From assembly GCA_945883755.1 (NCBI GenBank), contig CAMCXX010000002.1, positions 42,775 through 106,774 of the forward strand: a stretch of DNA of 64,000 nucleotides, read 5' to 3'. Both the position numbers and the translations under genes were made by a program. Below the pieces are notes generated by a model. The model made no database searches, was not told the origin of the DNA, and was given only the letters and a program-made list of their open reading frames with translations. This stretch comes from Bifidobacterium breve (GTDB lineage: Bacteria > Actinomycetota > Actinomycetes > Nanopelagicales > Nanopelagicaceae). Below, piece by piece: positions 63,252 to 64,000 of the stretch. The stretch's first letter is position 1. Every line of letters starts with the position of its first letter.

Positions 63252-63905
63252 TTAAAGCAGGTAGATTGAAGCGATCGTAAAAATACCAAGCGCGACCATA
63301 ACCATGCCACCAAAGCGGCGCATCACAATCAGCCTTTTGATATCACCAGCAAACCACTCACGAGCAGTACCGGCCAATAAGCCATAAGTGCTATCTGAAA
63401 TAAATGCGATGATGCAGAAAATAAAACCAAGTAAAATTAATTGTGCAGTGAGATTACTGCTTTCCTGATCCACAAATGCAGGCAGAATCGCAGCGAAGAA
63501 GACAATAGTTTTTGGGTTCAAGGCTCCGACCCAGAATCCATTTTTTGCAGAGGCTAATAAAGTTGGCTTTGCGCCATCACCTTTTTGTAGCTCAGAGGCG
63601 ACTAACTTGCTCGCTTTAATTGCTTGAAACCCAAGGTAGATCAGGTAAAGCCCGCCAGCCCATTGAATTCCGTTGTAAAAGAGGGTTGATCTTTGCAGCA
63701 ATGGGCCAAGGCCAACTGCGACCAGTAGTGAGATCATTAAAACGCCCACCGTATTTCCTGCAACGGTAGCGATTGCGCTCGCCCTACCCCAAGCGATAGC
63801 CCGGGCGATGATAAAGAGCACTGAAGGGCCAGGAGCCAAAACAATCAAAATCGTCGCTATTAGGTACTCCCAAAGGCGTGTAGGGAGTAAATCTGTAGTC
63901 AACAC
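63252..63905 (-). CDS. LysE/RhtB family amino-acid exporter
   Basis: APGPS, GGLYLIYLG, LNPKTIVFF. Confidence 0.92.
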   Translation of the reverse strand: MLTTDLLPTRLWEYLIATILIVLAPGPSVLFIIARAIAWGRASAIATVAGNTVGVLMISLLVAVGLGPLLQRSTLFYNGIQWAGGLYLIYLGFQAIKASKLVASELQKGDGAKPTLLASAKNGFWVGALNPKTIVFFAAILPAFVDQESSNLTAQLILLGFIFCIIAFISDSTYGLLAGTAREWFAGDIKRLIVMRRFGGMVMVALGIFTIASIYLL

Positions 63906-64000
63906 GCCTAGATCCTACCTGTGGCCATTGTTGCAATGGGGCTTCGGTTCTGCCTATTATCCTGTCATTCGATAGTATCGATTCGATATATCTAATGGAT

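Overview
This is a gene-dense, AT-leaning core-chromosome window. Its gene content and order are actinobacterial (hrcA-dnaJ-rsmE-phoH-ybeY; gltX-tRNAs-ndgR/leuCD-hup; rpmB-recG-coaD-rpmF-rnc-fpg-smc-ftsY-amt-glnK-ffh-rpsP-rimM-trmD; dut-trkA-acnA-dxs; fadB/fadA; rnd; NlpC/P60-glycosyltransferase-fadD-glk-plsC). Tiny intergenic spacers, many probable leaderless genes and missing accessory genes suggest a streamlined freshwater actinobacterium such as acI / Ca. Nanopelagicales (inference, not a database result). I found no prophage, transposase, rRNA or CRISPR array. The main finding is a chromosomal Smc (1035 aa) in its usual locus, with intact ATPase-head motifs but apparently no hinge dimerisation domain: the coiled coil seems to turn back over a short NNP linker. 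Other points of note: both rRNA-maturation nucleases (ybeY, rnc) appear to need non-canonical starts (ATA or readthrough; CTG); a sensor-less kinase/response-regulator pair is coupled to fadD; amt-glnK lacks glnD and has an altered T-loop; and there is an esterase-membrane protein fusion, a solo Cas4-like nuclease and several unexplained palindromes or leaders.
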